NCBI GenBank assembly: GCA_965214095.1
Contig: OZ243938.1
Location: 448,001-512,000 of the forward strand
From: Candidatus Poribacteria bacterium
GTDB taxonomy: Bacteria; Poribacteria; WGA-4E; WGA-3G
Reading direction: 5' to 3'
Length of the DNA stretch: 64,000 nt
Below, in pieces: positions 9,656 through 18,420 of this stretch. The translations under genes were made by a program, and so were the position numbers. Below the pieces are notes generated by a model. The model saw only the letters and a program-made list of their open reading frames with translations. It made no database searches and was not told the DNA's origin. Each line of letters opens with the position of its first letter. The first letter of the stretch is position 1.

Positions 9656-10444
9656 ATGAATGACCATTTGTCAGTTGAAACACCAGAACAAATCAGCATA
9701 AATTATCAGAAAGCAGGCATCGGATCGCGTTTCTATGCTGCACTGCTTGATACACTGTTACTCGGACTCATTGTCTTCATCGGTATTTATGTCAATTACA
9801 ACTTTCTAAGAGAACTTGGCGGGTTTTTTGGGAACTGGCTTGGCGCAATTGGTGGCGTATTAATCTTTGCTATGTTTTGGGGATACTTTATGGTGTTTGA
9901 AATCACAACCAATGGACAATCTCCCGGTAAACTTGCTCTGGGGTTACGTGTTATTAAGGAAGGTGGTTATCCTATTAGTTTTGGCGACTCAGCAATCAGA
10001 AATCTTGTGCGACTTGTTGATTTTCTCCCGTTCTGTTATGGGACAGGTCTGATAGTAATGCTGATCAACGGAAATTGGCAACGACTGGGTGATCTGGCGG
10101 CAGGAACACTTGTGGTCAAAACCAATCGAAAAACAAATGTTGATTTGAATCAATCTATCTCACCTATCAACATTTCACCAGATGAACATTTATATTCAGA
10201 GTGGATACAACCCTTGTTGGTGACAGACGCTGAATTTGACATGATAAAAGAATACCATCGTCGTCCTGAGTTATCTCCAATACGTCGTTTAGAACTTGCC
10301 AGGACTATTGGCAGACCGATTGCAGAAAAGATGGAGGGTGAAGGTGCTATAAACTATGATAAATTTTTAGCAGAGGTGTATAAATTAAAAATATCAAATA
10401 CAACTAAAAATGTTCACATTAGTACTGAAAAACACGAGGAATAG
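9656..10444 (+). CDS. RDD family membrane protein
   Basis: ETPEQI, AGIGSRFYA, GQSPGK..LGLRV and QRLGDLAAGT motifs; start set at ATG 9656. Confidence 0.9.
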   Translation: MNDHLSVETPEQISINYQKAGIGSRFYAALLDTLLLGLIVFIGIYVNYNFLRELGGFFGNWLGAIGGVLIFAMFWGYFMVFEITTNGQSPGKLALGLRVIKEGGYPISFGDSAIRNLVRLVDFLPFCYGTGLIVMLINGNWQRLGDLAAGTLVVKTNRKTNVDLNQSISPINISPDEHLYSEWIQPLLVTDAEFDMIKEYHRRPELSPIRRLELARTIGRPIAEKMEGEGAINYDKFLAEVYKLKISNTTKNVHISTEKHEE

Positions 10445-10447
10445 AAA

Positions 10448-11452
10448 ATGATAACTATATCAGAGAGAAGTCAATATGTAAGTGTTTCTGAACTCTTTCG
10501 AAGCATATTAAGATTATATCAAAATCATTTCAGTCTTTTCTTGAAACTGATGATACCAATTCTCGTACTCAGTCTGTTCATTGACATATTGTATTATTGT
10601 GGAATTAGCTATGTTTTTCCAAACTCATCATGGGAAGTGAGTACTTCATTCGGGTTAACTGTATATACAGATTTGACGCAATCATTAAATATACAGTTTT
10701 CTTCTATTTTTTTTATCTTTGCATGGTTTGCTTTGTCAATGCTTGTACTAACTACATATAGGATATATCGTGGTAACAATGTTTCATTTCAAGAGATTTG
10801 GAAACAGACATATCATAGAAAAGGCACAATTTTCTGTACAGGTTTATTAGGTTTTTTAGGTTTCTTTTTTTTTATAATATTCATGGTGGTTCTTTCAGGA
10901 CTATTAGGATCCATTATCAGCATAATTGGATTCTTCTCTATTCTAATATATTTTGGTGTCCGATTGAGTCTTGTTCACCAGGGGATTATGGTAGAAAACC
11001 TAACTGCAGCAAGGACCATCCAACGAAGCAGTGAATTGGTTAGTGGGAAATGGCTAAAGGTTTTTGGTAGATTGTTTTTACTGACCTGGATTTCATCGCT
11101 AATTTTAAATCTGACTTTAGCATTTACATTTTTCATACTATCGTTCGTATCAACAGAATTAGTACCGATTCGCGAATCATTTTTATCAGGTGAGATTTTT
11201 ACTCTGTTTTACGGAATACCTATATCTTTTCACTTTAACGATATAAATGTATCTGTTGGGAATATTACTATGTCTTTGTCTCAAACTCCCAGCTTCTGGA
11301 TAATATTAGTGATAGATACAGTCAATACCTTTGTTTCTGCACTATTGATACCTCTCTGGGCAATCTTAACGACACATTTATATTCGGAGAAAACTGAAGG
11401 GGAAGAGATTAGAGGTGAAACCCGAGCAGATGTTATGGAGGCACAGATTTAG
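10448..11452 (+). CDS. Multi-pass membrane protein (GPDPase membrane-anchor-like)
   Basis: Many hydrophobic segments and an RS.ELV.GKW.KVFG motif; commonly found next to RDD genes; very AT-rich. Confidence 0.6.
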   Translation: MITISERSQYVSVSELFRSILRLYQNHFSLFLKLMIPILVLSLFIDILYYCGISYVFPNSSWEVSTSFGLTVYTDLTQSLNIQFSSIFFIFAWFALSMLVLTTYRIYRGNNVSFQEIWKQTYHRKGTIFCTGLLGFLGFFFFIIFMVVLSGLLGSIISIIGFFSILIYFGVRLSLVHQGIMVENLTAARTIQRSSELVSGKWLKVFGRLFLLTWISSLILNLTLAFTFFILSFVSTELVPIRESFLSGEIFTLFYGIPISFHFNDINVSVGNITMSLSQTPSFWIILVIDTVNTFVSALLIPLWAILTTHLYSEKTEGEEIRGETRADVMEAQI

Positions 11453-12585
11453 TTGAATTCTTGGAGTGCATCTTGAACTTCAGAGATTACATCTGGATCA
11501 ACTTCACATGTTAATTGATTTTCCAATGTTTGCTTAGCTTTTTTTCCACCGATTTGTCCTAATGCCCACGCAGCATGTCCACGAATCAACGGTTCATCGT
11601 CAAGTAATGCCTTTTTGAGTGCAGGCACTGCAGTTTGAGAACCCCAATTGCCAATGGCGATGAGAACATTCCGTAAGAATCCTCGCCGTTTTGCTCGTTT
11701 TATTGGACTCCCTTTGAACCTTCTACTGAACTCATTTTGCGTCATGCTCACAAGGGACAGCAATTCCGGGGTAAGATTGCCATCACGCGGATGAAATGCT
11801 TGTTCTGTTGTTGAGTTTGCTTTGCTATTCCATGGACACACCTCTTGGCAGATGTCACACCCAAAAATCAAGTTACCCATTTGTGGACGAAGTTCCACTG
11901 GAATACTATCTCTCAATTCAATTGTCAAATAGGAGATACATAGCCTTGAGTCAAGCCAATTCGGTTCAACTATCGCATCTGTAGGACACGCTTCAATACA
12001 TAATGTACAAGTGCCGCAACTTCCCCGAAGTGGTTCGTTTGTATCATATTCTAATTCAAGGTTGACAAGAACTTCAGCAAGGAAATACCATGAACCTGAA
12101 CGCCAGTTTATCAAGTTTGTGTTTTTACCTATCCACCCGAGTTTAGCTTTTTGAGCAAATTCCCGTTCCAGAACAGGTCCTGAATCCACAAAAACACGAC
12201 TCTTGATTTCGGTCTCAGCAGTGTTTCTAATATATTCAACAAGTTCAAGAAGTCGCTCTCGAATTATATCGTGGTAGTCATCACCCCATGCATATCGGGA
12301 GATTTGGCCTCGTGAGGGATCTTTTACAAGATTGTCAGGCGGGTCCTTCGTGTAATAGTTCATCGCAAGACTGATGACTGATTTGGCTTCTTGGAGTAGT
12401 TGACGGGTATCTTCCTTGAGCGGCAAGTGTCTTTCAAGGTAACCCATTTCACCTGCATATCCGTTATCTATCCATTTCCGGTAACGTTGGATAGTCTGGC
12501 TCTGTTCTGCAGGTGTAATACCGACAAGTTCAAAACCGAGTTCATGTGCGCGGTGTTGAATTCTTTCGGTGAGTGTGTTTGCCAT
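11449..12585 (-). CDS. queG: tRNA epoxyqueuosine reductase
   Basis: SRYAWGDDYH, GWIGKN, CGTCTLCIEACPT and FGCDICQEVCPWN motifs; C-terminal HEAT repeat. Confidence 0.95.
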   Translation of the reverse strand: MANTLTERIQHRAHELGFELVGITPAEQSQTIQRYRKWIDNGYAGEMGYLERHLPLKEDTRQLLQEAKSVISLAMNYYTKDPPDNLVKDPSRGQISRYAWGDDYHDIIRERLLELVEYIRNTAETEIKSRVFVDSGPVLEREFAQKAKLGWIGKNTNLINWRSGSWYFLAEVLVNLELEYDTNEPLRGSCGTCTLCIEACPTDAIVEPNWLDSRLCISYLTIELRDSIPVELRPQMGNLIFGCDICQEVCPWNSKANSTTEQAFHPRDGNLTPELLSLVSMTQNEFSRRFKGSPIKRAKRRGFLRNVLIAIGNWGSQTAVPALKKALLDDEPLIRGHAAWALGQIGGKKAKQTLENQLTCEVDPDVISEVQDALQEFN

Positions 12586-12648
12586 TGTTCTCTATTTGAG
12601 ATAAGGATTTATTCAGTAGCAAAACTATATTTGAGTGATGGATTGACT

Positions 12649-13713
12649 TTATTTCGCGCCGCGTGGGTAGGAACCGAGTATCTTTACATCTCTACACAAG
12701 TCATCAAGATTGTCAAGCACGGAATGGACGTTGTCATCGTCAAGATGTCCTTCAATATCAGCAAAAAAGATGTATTCCCAAGGACTACTACGTGATGGAA
12801 GTGATTCTATATAACAGAGACTAAGGTCATGCTTCTTTAACACACCCAGAATTTCATACAACGCTCCGACCCTATCCCTGATTGCAAAAAAGATAGACGT
12901 ACAGTCATTCCCTGTGCTACCTATAACTTGGTTACCGATGACAAGAAACCGAGTCGCATTATCCGGTTCATCCATAATGGAATCAACAATCACAGGTACA
13001 TCGTATATCTCGCTGGCTAACTTACTTGCAATAGCTGCAGTGTTTGGTTCCTCTGCTGCACGCATAGCAGCATCAGATGTACTTACCACTTCAACCTGCT
13101 CAATAGATTTCATGTTCTTATTGATCCATATTCTGCATTGAGCGAATGGTTGACTATGAGAATAGATACGTTTTATCTCATTAAGCGGCGACTTTGAGAT
13201 GAGATGGTGTCTGATGGGTTGGTATATTTCCGCACAAATATTTAGAGAGGTATGTTGAAAACGTTCCAACACATCACGGACAGTCCCGAAGACTGAGTTC
13301 TGAATTGCAACTACTCCAAAATCAGCGCGTTCTGTTTCCACTTCCGTAAAAATATCGGTTTGAGGAGTAATAGGAACCATTACCGAATAAGCTCCAAAAA
13401 AGGAGAGACTTGCCATGTGTCCGAAACTACCGGACGGACCAAGAAACGCAACCCGATTTGGGTGTTGCACAGAACGTGAAGCAAGAAAAATTTCTGTCCA
13501 AATCTTTTCTATCGCTTCTAAAGGATATATTCCATGATTCAACGCTTTTAGACGATCGAGTATTTCATTCTCACGATGTGGGACATGAACGACTCCACCC
13601 GTATCGGCTTTTAAGGAACCTACCTTCTTTGATACCTCTGCGCGTTCTTGAAGTAATCGTAAAAGTTGTTCGTCTATATTGTTTATTTCTTCACGTAATT
13701 CTTTCAAGTCCAA
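12649..13713 (-). CDS. pheA: Chorismate mutase/prephenate dehydratase
   Basis: N-terminal CM domain, FLGP.GSF, SHSQPFAQCR, NATRF motifs, and an ACT domain with IESLPSR and LGSYP. Confidence 0.93.
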   Translation of the reverse strand: MDLKELREEINNIDEQLLRLLQERAEVSKKVGSLKADTGGVVHVPHRENEILDRLKALNHGIYPLEAIEKIWTEIFLASRSVQHPNRVAFLGPSGSFGHMASLSFFGAYSVMVPITPQTDIFTEVETERADFGVVAIQNSVFGTVRDVLERFQHTSLNICAEIYQPIRHHLISKSPLNEIKRIYSHSQPFAQCRIWINKNMKSIEQVEVVSTSDAAMRAAEEPNTAAIASKLASEIYDVPVIVDSIMDEPDNATRFLVIGNQVIGSTGNDCTSIFFAIRDRVGALYEILGVLKKHDLSLCYIESLPSRSSPWEYIFFADIEGHLDDDNVHSVLDNLDDLCRDVKILGSYPRGAK

Positions 13714-13838
13714 GTAACTATCTCCATTGTGAGATGTAGTGCATTATATGGGCAAATTTCATTTATTGATATATGGGGTATCCGGCAGGAGTATTACCCA
13801 CCGGATAACGAGAAACTGCCGTGACTTAAAAATGACAT

Positions 13839-14084
13839 TTAGCTGCTTAACTTATTCATTGCAGCAATCATTTCATCATCTGACGGATTGTTTTCTACCA
13901 TCTCAACAAAATCTTCAGCTGAAATATTATGTTCCTCCAGGAACATTTTGTCCTGTGGTCACGGATAAATATATTCTCCGATGATGCCTTGAAGTTTTGC
14001 ATTTGCTTTATCGGATATTCTTGCAAGCCAAGGTATCCCTCCGATTATCATATCTCTGTGACGTGGTTTCCAATCAAGTGACAT
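13839..14084 (-). CDS. DUF5069-like small protein with in-frame UGA (candidate selenoprotein), 81 aa
   Basis: GGAGGTG RBS at 14091-14097 and ATG at 14084. Translation MSLDWKPRHRDMIIGGIPWLARISDKANAKLQGIIGEYIYP-U-PQDKMFLEEHNISAEDFVEMVENNPSDDEMIAAMNKLSS*. TGA at 13959-13961 falls at the Cys of the DUF5069 GEYxYxCPxD motif. Confidence 0.8.
13934..13958 (-). promoter_or_regulatory. Candidate bacterial SECIS hairpin
   Basis: Immediately 3' of the UGA: CCACAGGACAAAAUGUUCCUGGAGG (CAGGA/UCCUG stem, CA/UG upper pairs with a bulged U, CC/GG base). Confidence 0.6.
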
Positions 14085-14145
14085 CTGTTTCACCTCCTTC
14101 TTGAAATGTCAGTGTTCTCTAAACTATACGGGTTGTAAGTTCATA

Positions 14146-14811
14146 TTATGTTTGTGTGCGTAGTCGCTCAATCTCCGCTAAAGCATGAGCAAGTTTTTTC
14201 TCAGCAATTTCAGCGCGTGCTTCAGCAGCATCTACGCGTTCTTGTGGTGGTTGCAACCATTGCGAGCGGTTTGGATCATATAGCCGTAACATGCCTGCAT
14301 GTTCACCTAACTCCAAACCTAAAGTTTCTGAAGGGAGCCGGTCATTCACTGAAGCAATTTCTTGATATTCACCGTCAATCAGTTTATATCCGACAAAACT
14401 CGGTATTATTTGACCCAACGGATCATATATGTAATATTCTTTTACCGACAGAACTGAAGCATAAAGTTCCTTCTTCTCTCCAATATCTTTTGATACAGTC
14501 TTTGGACTTGCTACTTCTAATACAAAATCAGGTGTATTCGCTTCTTCCCATATCAAGAATGTTCGTCTTAGTTTCTTTTCTACACCGAATGCAACGAAAA
14601 CATCAGGTGAGAGACATTTTTTAGGGTTACCTTCAACGTAATACATCAGTATGTTTCCCGATACGTAAACATCTTTATCGTGTTTATAATGGCCTTCAAG
14701 CATTAGGATGAAATCCATCATTAACTTCCGGTGCTGATCGGTTTCAGCCATAGGTTCTCCGTCTGATTCCGGATAGACTATTGTCGGCGCAGCGTGTATT
14801 TTTTTCTGCAT
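14146..14811 (-). CDS. Uma2 family (DUF820) PD-(D/E)XK endonuclease-like protein
   Basis: YPESDGEPMAET, SPDVFV, PDFVLEVASP and VKEYYIYDP motifs. Confidence 0.92.
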   Translation of the reverse strand: MQKKIHAAPTIVYPESDGEPMAETDQHRKLMMDFILMLEGHYKHDKDVYVSGNILMYYVEGNPKKCLSPDVFVAFGVEKKLRRTFLIWEEANTPDFVLEVASPKTVSKDIGEKKELYASVLSVKEYYIYDPLGQIIPSFVGYKLIDGEYQEIASVNDRLPSETLGLELGEHAGMLRLYDPNRSQWLQPPQERVDAAEARAEIAEKKLAHALAEIERLRTQT

Positions 14812-14843
14812 CGTGTTATCTCCCAGTATCGTTTGTGAAATTT

Positions 14844-14872
14844 AGTATATTAAAAAATATAGGTGATGTCAA
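14844..14872 (-). promoter_or_regulatory. Sigma70 promoter for the Uma2 gene
   Basis: TTGACA-17 bp-TATACT. Confidence 0.65.
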
Positions 14873-14928
14873 GGGATTTTGTTTTTTAAGACGTGTAAAG
14901 TTTCTGGCAAAATATGATTACAAAACCT

Positions 14929-15030
14929 ATAGGAGCGATCTCCGAATCGCGATATAACTCAGAGATAATCGGGAATCGGAGTTCACTCCTACATATCCAA
15001 AATGTCCAATTAACTCAAGAATCTACCATA
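14929..15030. repeat. REP doublet/MITE-like repeat
   Basis: TAGGAGCGATCTCCGAATCGCGA...TCGGGAATCGGAGTTC..TCCTAC, with a related copy at 33393-33444. Confidence 0.7.
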
Positions 15031-15036
15031 AATTGA

Positions 15037-18000
15037 TTACTCTTGAGCACTTTCTTCAAGTTGTTTCAAGGTTTGTTCTAAGAGCTGTTGATTACGTCCA
15101 TATTCAGCCCAATCGCCACTACGTTGTGCCTGCAGAGCATTGTTGAAATAACTGTTCGCCTGTTGAATCAAGCCGCGTACTGATGTTGACACTTGTGGAT
15201 CACCGGTTGTGTCTAATGTTACATCAGCAACAGAAGGTTCGTTTTGTGAACCGATTCTATTAAGGAACATCTCTCTGAGGGCATCATCAAGCGTTTCACC
15301 CCAAACAATTTGCGGATTGTCGTCTTCTATTTTCTTATAGCCAACTACCACCCTGCGTAGTTCAGGTATCGCAGTATCCTCATCATCCGATTGAATATAG
15401 ATCGGTTCAACATATAAAAGCGAGTCATTCATCGGCAAGATCAACAAGTTACCACGGAGTACACGAGTCCCTTGAGTGTTCCACAGACTAATCTGCTGTG
15501 AAATCTCTGGTTGTTGACTAATAAAGATCTCAGCCTGCATCGGACCGGGAACCAATGCTTGTTTAGGAAATCTATAGACAAGCAGTTGTCCATATTGTGG
15601 TAAATCACATCGTGCGCCGAGCCATGCAATGAGATTCGGCTTGTTTCGTGGTGTGTATGGAAGCATCAACATAAACTCCGATTTCTCTTCACCAGGGAGT
15701 TTGAGAATGACATAGTATGGCTCAACAGGTTGGACATTACTTGGCAATTTTCTCTCAACTCTAACTTGAGGCGTAAGTGGACTGGTAGGCTGCGGCGTAG
15801 TTACCTGTTGGGTTTGTGCGTCCGTATTGTCATACATTTCCGTGCCAATTTCCCACTGGTCTTCACTCGCATAGAATGTAATTGGGTCTTTCATGTGGTA
15901 ATCTTGATAGACACGGGACTGGATGAGGAACATCGTTGTGGGATAACGTATATGAGATTGCAAGTCTTCAGGCATTTCGTCAAATGACTTGAAAAGGTCA
16001 GGGAATATCTTACGATAACATTCAACGATAGGATCTTGTAACTGATCTATCAAGTAAAAATCAACCGAACCGTGGTATGCATCAACAACAACCTTTACAG
16101 AATTACGTATATAGTTTCCCCACGGTTTCCCATCACGTTGCGTTACAGAACCTGCTAGTCTTCTACGTTGAATGAATTTCTGCATTGAGACCGAATATGG
16201 ATAGCGATGCGTGATTGTATACGCGTCAATCATCCAGACAAGTCTTCCTTCATGTATGACTGCATACGGATCACCATCATATCGTAAGAATGGCGCAATC
16301 TTGTGAATACGTCTCTTAATGTTACGTTCATATAACACTTTACTTGATGAATCAATTTCACCCGGAAGCACAAACTTGATTTCGTTATTAAACTTGAGCA
16401 TATATACAAATTTACGCCAGAATGATGAGAGTTCAATGCCACCAGTGCCTTGATAGGCGTAATTCGCGTATTGTTGACCTGTTTGCGGATAGTCAAACTC
16501 AAGTAGAGATTCAGTGCGTTTTGGATGCACTATGGCATACCTATCTGTGCGTTCTCCGTAATAGATACGGGGACCTGGTTCTGCATTGAACCTGTGCGGC
16601 CATTCATCTTCATATTCAATCGGCGGTAAACCCTTGATATACATGTTAGGACTTCCATCGTCAATTTCATTCACAGGACTGACAACAGCACCATATCCGT
16701 GTGTATATGTATAGGTCTGTTTATACCAATCGTTCTTGACAGCGTCGGGTAGTTCGTTAATATTGAGTTCACGTGCCGAGAGCATCACTTGCTGGATGTT
16801 GTCGTTGACTAAGTATCTGTCAATATCAACATCAAAGAAATCGTACTGAGAACGCAATTCTTGGAGTTGTCTGAAAGTTCTGCGTAATGGACGCCAGTCC
16901 CACAGTCTAATACTATTCAGAACAGGTTCGTTTTCGGGACTCGTTATATCAGCATAAGAAAGTGTTTCTGTAATGGGGTATTCTTGCTCGGTTACAGTAT
17001 TATTCTCTAAACCGTAAGCATTCAGTGTTGCTTTAATATTATAGTTGATATATTGTTCTTCTAATACCTGTTTATTAGGTTCCACCCGCCATACCTGAAT
17101 AAGTCTTGGATACAATTGACCAAGGAATCCTGCAGCGATAAAAATTATGAGTGCAGTAATTGCATATTTATTTTGTTTCAAGAAGATGTTTATAACAAAT
17201 ACTGCAGCACAAATTCCTGTGATGACCAACATAATCCATAGGATGGGAAGTCGGGCGTTTATTGCTGCAAATCCACCACCACCCCTTACAATATCGTTAG
17301 ACGTGTATAAGAGGTCATACATTACAAAAAGGTAGTTCCATGCACGAAATAGTAGTGTTAATGCAACTAAGATGAATAGATGTGTTTTCACGCGGGCGGG
17401 AGGGCGAAAACGAAATTGATTTGTATCACCTGTGATTAATCCGTGGAAAAAGTAGATTATAACCGCAAATATAGTAACTAATAGAAAAGTACCGAACAAT
17501 GTGCCGATGATATATCTCTCCATCGGCATTTTGAAGACATAATACGCAACATTCTTATCAAATATTGGATCTCGTGCAAGCGATTTGAAATACGCTTTCT
17601 GTCCAATTTCTGCTTGAATTGTCTGATCTAATTGGAGTCCAATCGGTTTCCCATCTTCCTTTAATAACACATTCTGGACTTGTGCAACAATAGGATCATT
17701 TCCATCAATATAGATACTTACTTCATCACCGACTTGTATACGTTTTGCTTCAAGTTCCAATGTTTGTACAGATATTTCATTAGAATCTACATTTTCGTCA
17801 ACTACAATAGGTGTAGCGGATTGGAAATTTAGATTCTCTGCGTGTGTATAACGTAAAAAAACTTCCCACTGTTCAGTCGCAGAATATCCCATTAGTACAC
17901 TAAACAGAACTGCAAGTACCGTGAGTCCTCCGTAAATCATCTTACGGGTACTTTTATCACCACCAGTAAATTCTGTTCCACCAAGGAATGCGGGACTGAG

Positions 18001-18240
18001 ATGGGCTGGGGTAAACCGATAAATGATATATAGATTTACCAAAAGGATTATGAGGTAGACAATTCCAACGCTCACTCCGACGAAGATTTTTGTTGTAAGT
18101 ATCTTCAGGTATACGCTGGGATATTGTACCATTTCAAACCATAGTAAATCAGGGAATATGTTGACCCATGCTGCAATTACACCACCGAGTACCGCTAAAA
18201 TTCCTATAGAGATAATATAACGTTTTAGTCGTTTTTCCAT
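15037..18240 (-). CDS. UPF0182 family membrane protein
   Basis: DLLWF, DPIF.KNVAYYVF, IRLWDWRPL, YTHGYG, NYIRNSVKVVVDAYHG, LLYVEPIY and GDWAEYG motifs. Confidence 0.93.
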   Translation of the reverse strand: MEKRLKRYIISIGILAVLGGVIAAWVNIFPDLLWFEMVQYPSVYLKILTTKIFVGVSVGIVYLIILLVNLYIIYRFTPAHLSPAFLGGTEFTGGDKSTRKMIYGGLTVLAVLFSVLMGYSATEQWEVFLRYTHAENLNFQSATPIVVDENVDSNEISVQTLELEAKRIQVGDEVSIYIDGNDPIVAQVQNVLLKEDGKPIGLQLDQTIQAEIGQKAYFKSLARDPIFDKNVAYYVFKMPMERYIIGTLFGTFLLVTIFAVIIYFFHGLITGDTNQFRFRPPARVKTHLFILVALTLLFRAWNYLFVMYDLLYTSNDIVRGGGGFAAINARLPILWIMLVITGICAAVFVINIFLKQNKYAITALIIFIAAGFLGQLYPRLIQVWRVEPNKQVLEEQYINYNIKATLNAYGLENNTVTEQEYPITETLSYADITSPENEPVLNSIRLWDWRPLRRTFRQLQELRSQYDFFDVDIDRYLVNDNIQQVMLSARELNINELPDAVKNDWYKQTYTYTHGYGAVVSPVNEIDDGSPNMYIKGLPPIEYEDEWPHRFNAEPGPRIYYGERTDRYAIVHPKRTESLLEFDYPQTGQQYANYAYQGTGGIELSSFWRKFVYMLKFNNEIKFVLPGEIDSSSKVLYERNIKRRIHKIAPFLRYDGDPYAVIHEGRLVWMIDAYTITHRYPYSVSMQKFIQRRRLAGSVTQRDGKPWGNYIRNSVKVVVDAYHGSVDFYLIDQLQDPIVECYRKIFPDLFKSFDEMPEDLQSHIRYPTTMFLIQSRVYQDYHMKDPITFYASEDQWEIGTEMYDNTDAQTQQVTTPQPTSPLTPQVRVERKLPSNVQPVEPYYVILKLPGEEKSEFMLMLPYTPRNKPNLIAWLGARCDLPQYGQLLVYRFPKQALVPGPMQAEIFISQQPEISQQISLWNTQGTRVLRGNLLILPMNDSLLYVEPIYIQSDDEDTAIPELRRVVVGYKKIEDDNPQIVWGETLDDALREMFLNRIGSQNEPSVADVTLDTTGDPQVSTSVRGLIQQANSYFNNALQAQRSGDWAEYGRNQQLLEQTLKQLEESAQE

Positions 18241-18287
18241 AATTTCTCCTATTCTGGAAATGATAATAAAGCTCTTTCTCTCAATGT

Positions 18288-18392
18288 TTATGGTGAAGTA
18301 TGAAATAATATCTACACTTTCTTTCCACGGTAGGCGAGGTTTCCTAACCTCGCCTAAGCATTGTATAGAATTAATTCAATAATTTACCACAA
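18288..18392. repeat. MITE-like element with GTAG-REP (GGTAGGCGAGGTTTCCTAACCTCGCC)
   Basis: Near-identical to 27401-27505 and related to 24921-25112. Confidence 0.8.
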
Positions 18393-18420
18393 TATGTTAG
18401 ATCACATGATCGGTTTTATT

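Noticed and set aside
13739-13984. 81-aa + strand ORF
   Set aside because: Antisense shadow of the DUF5069-like gene.
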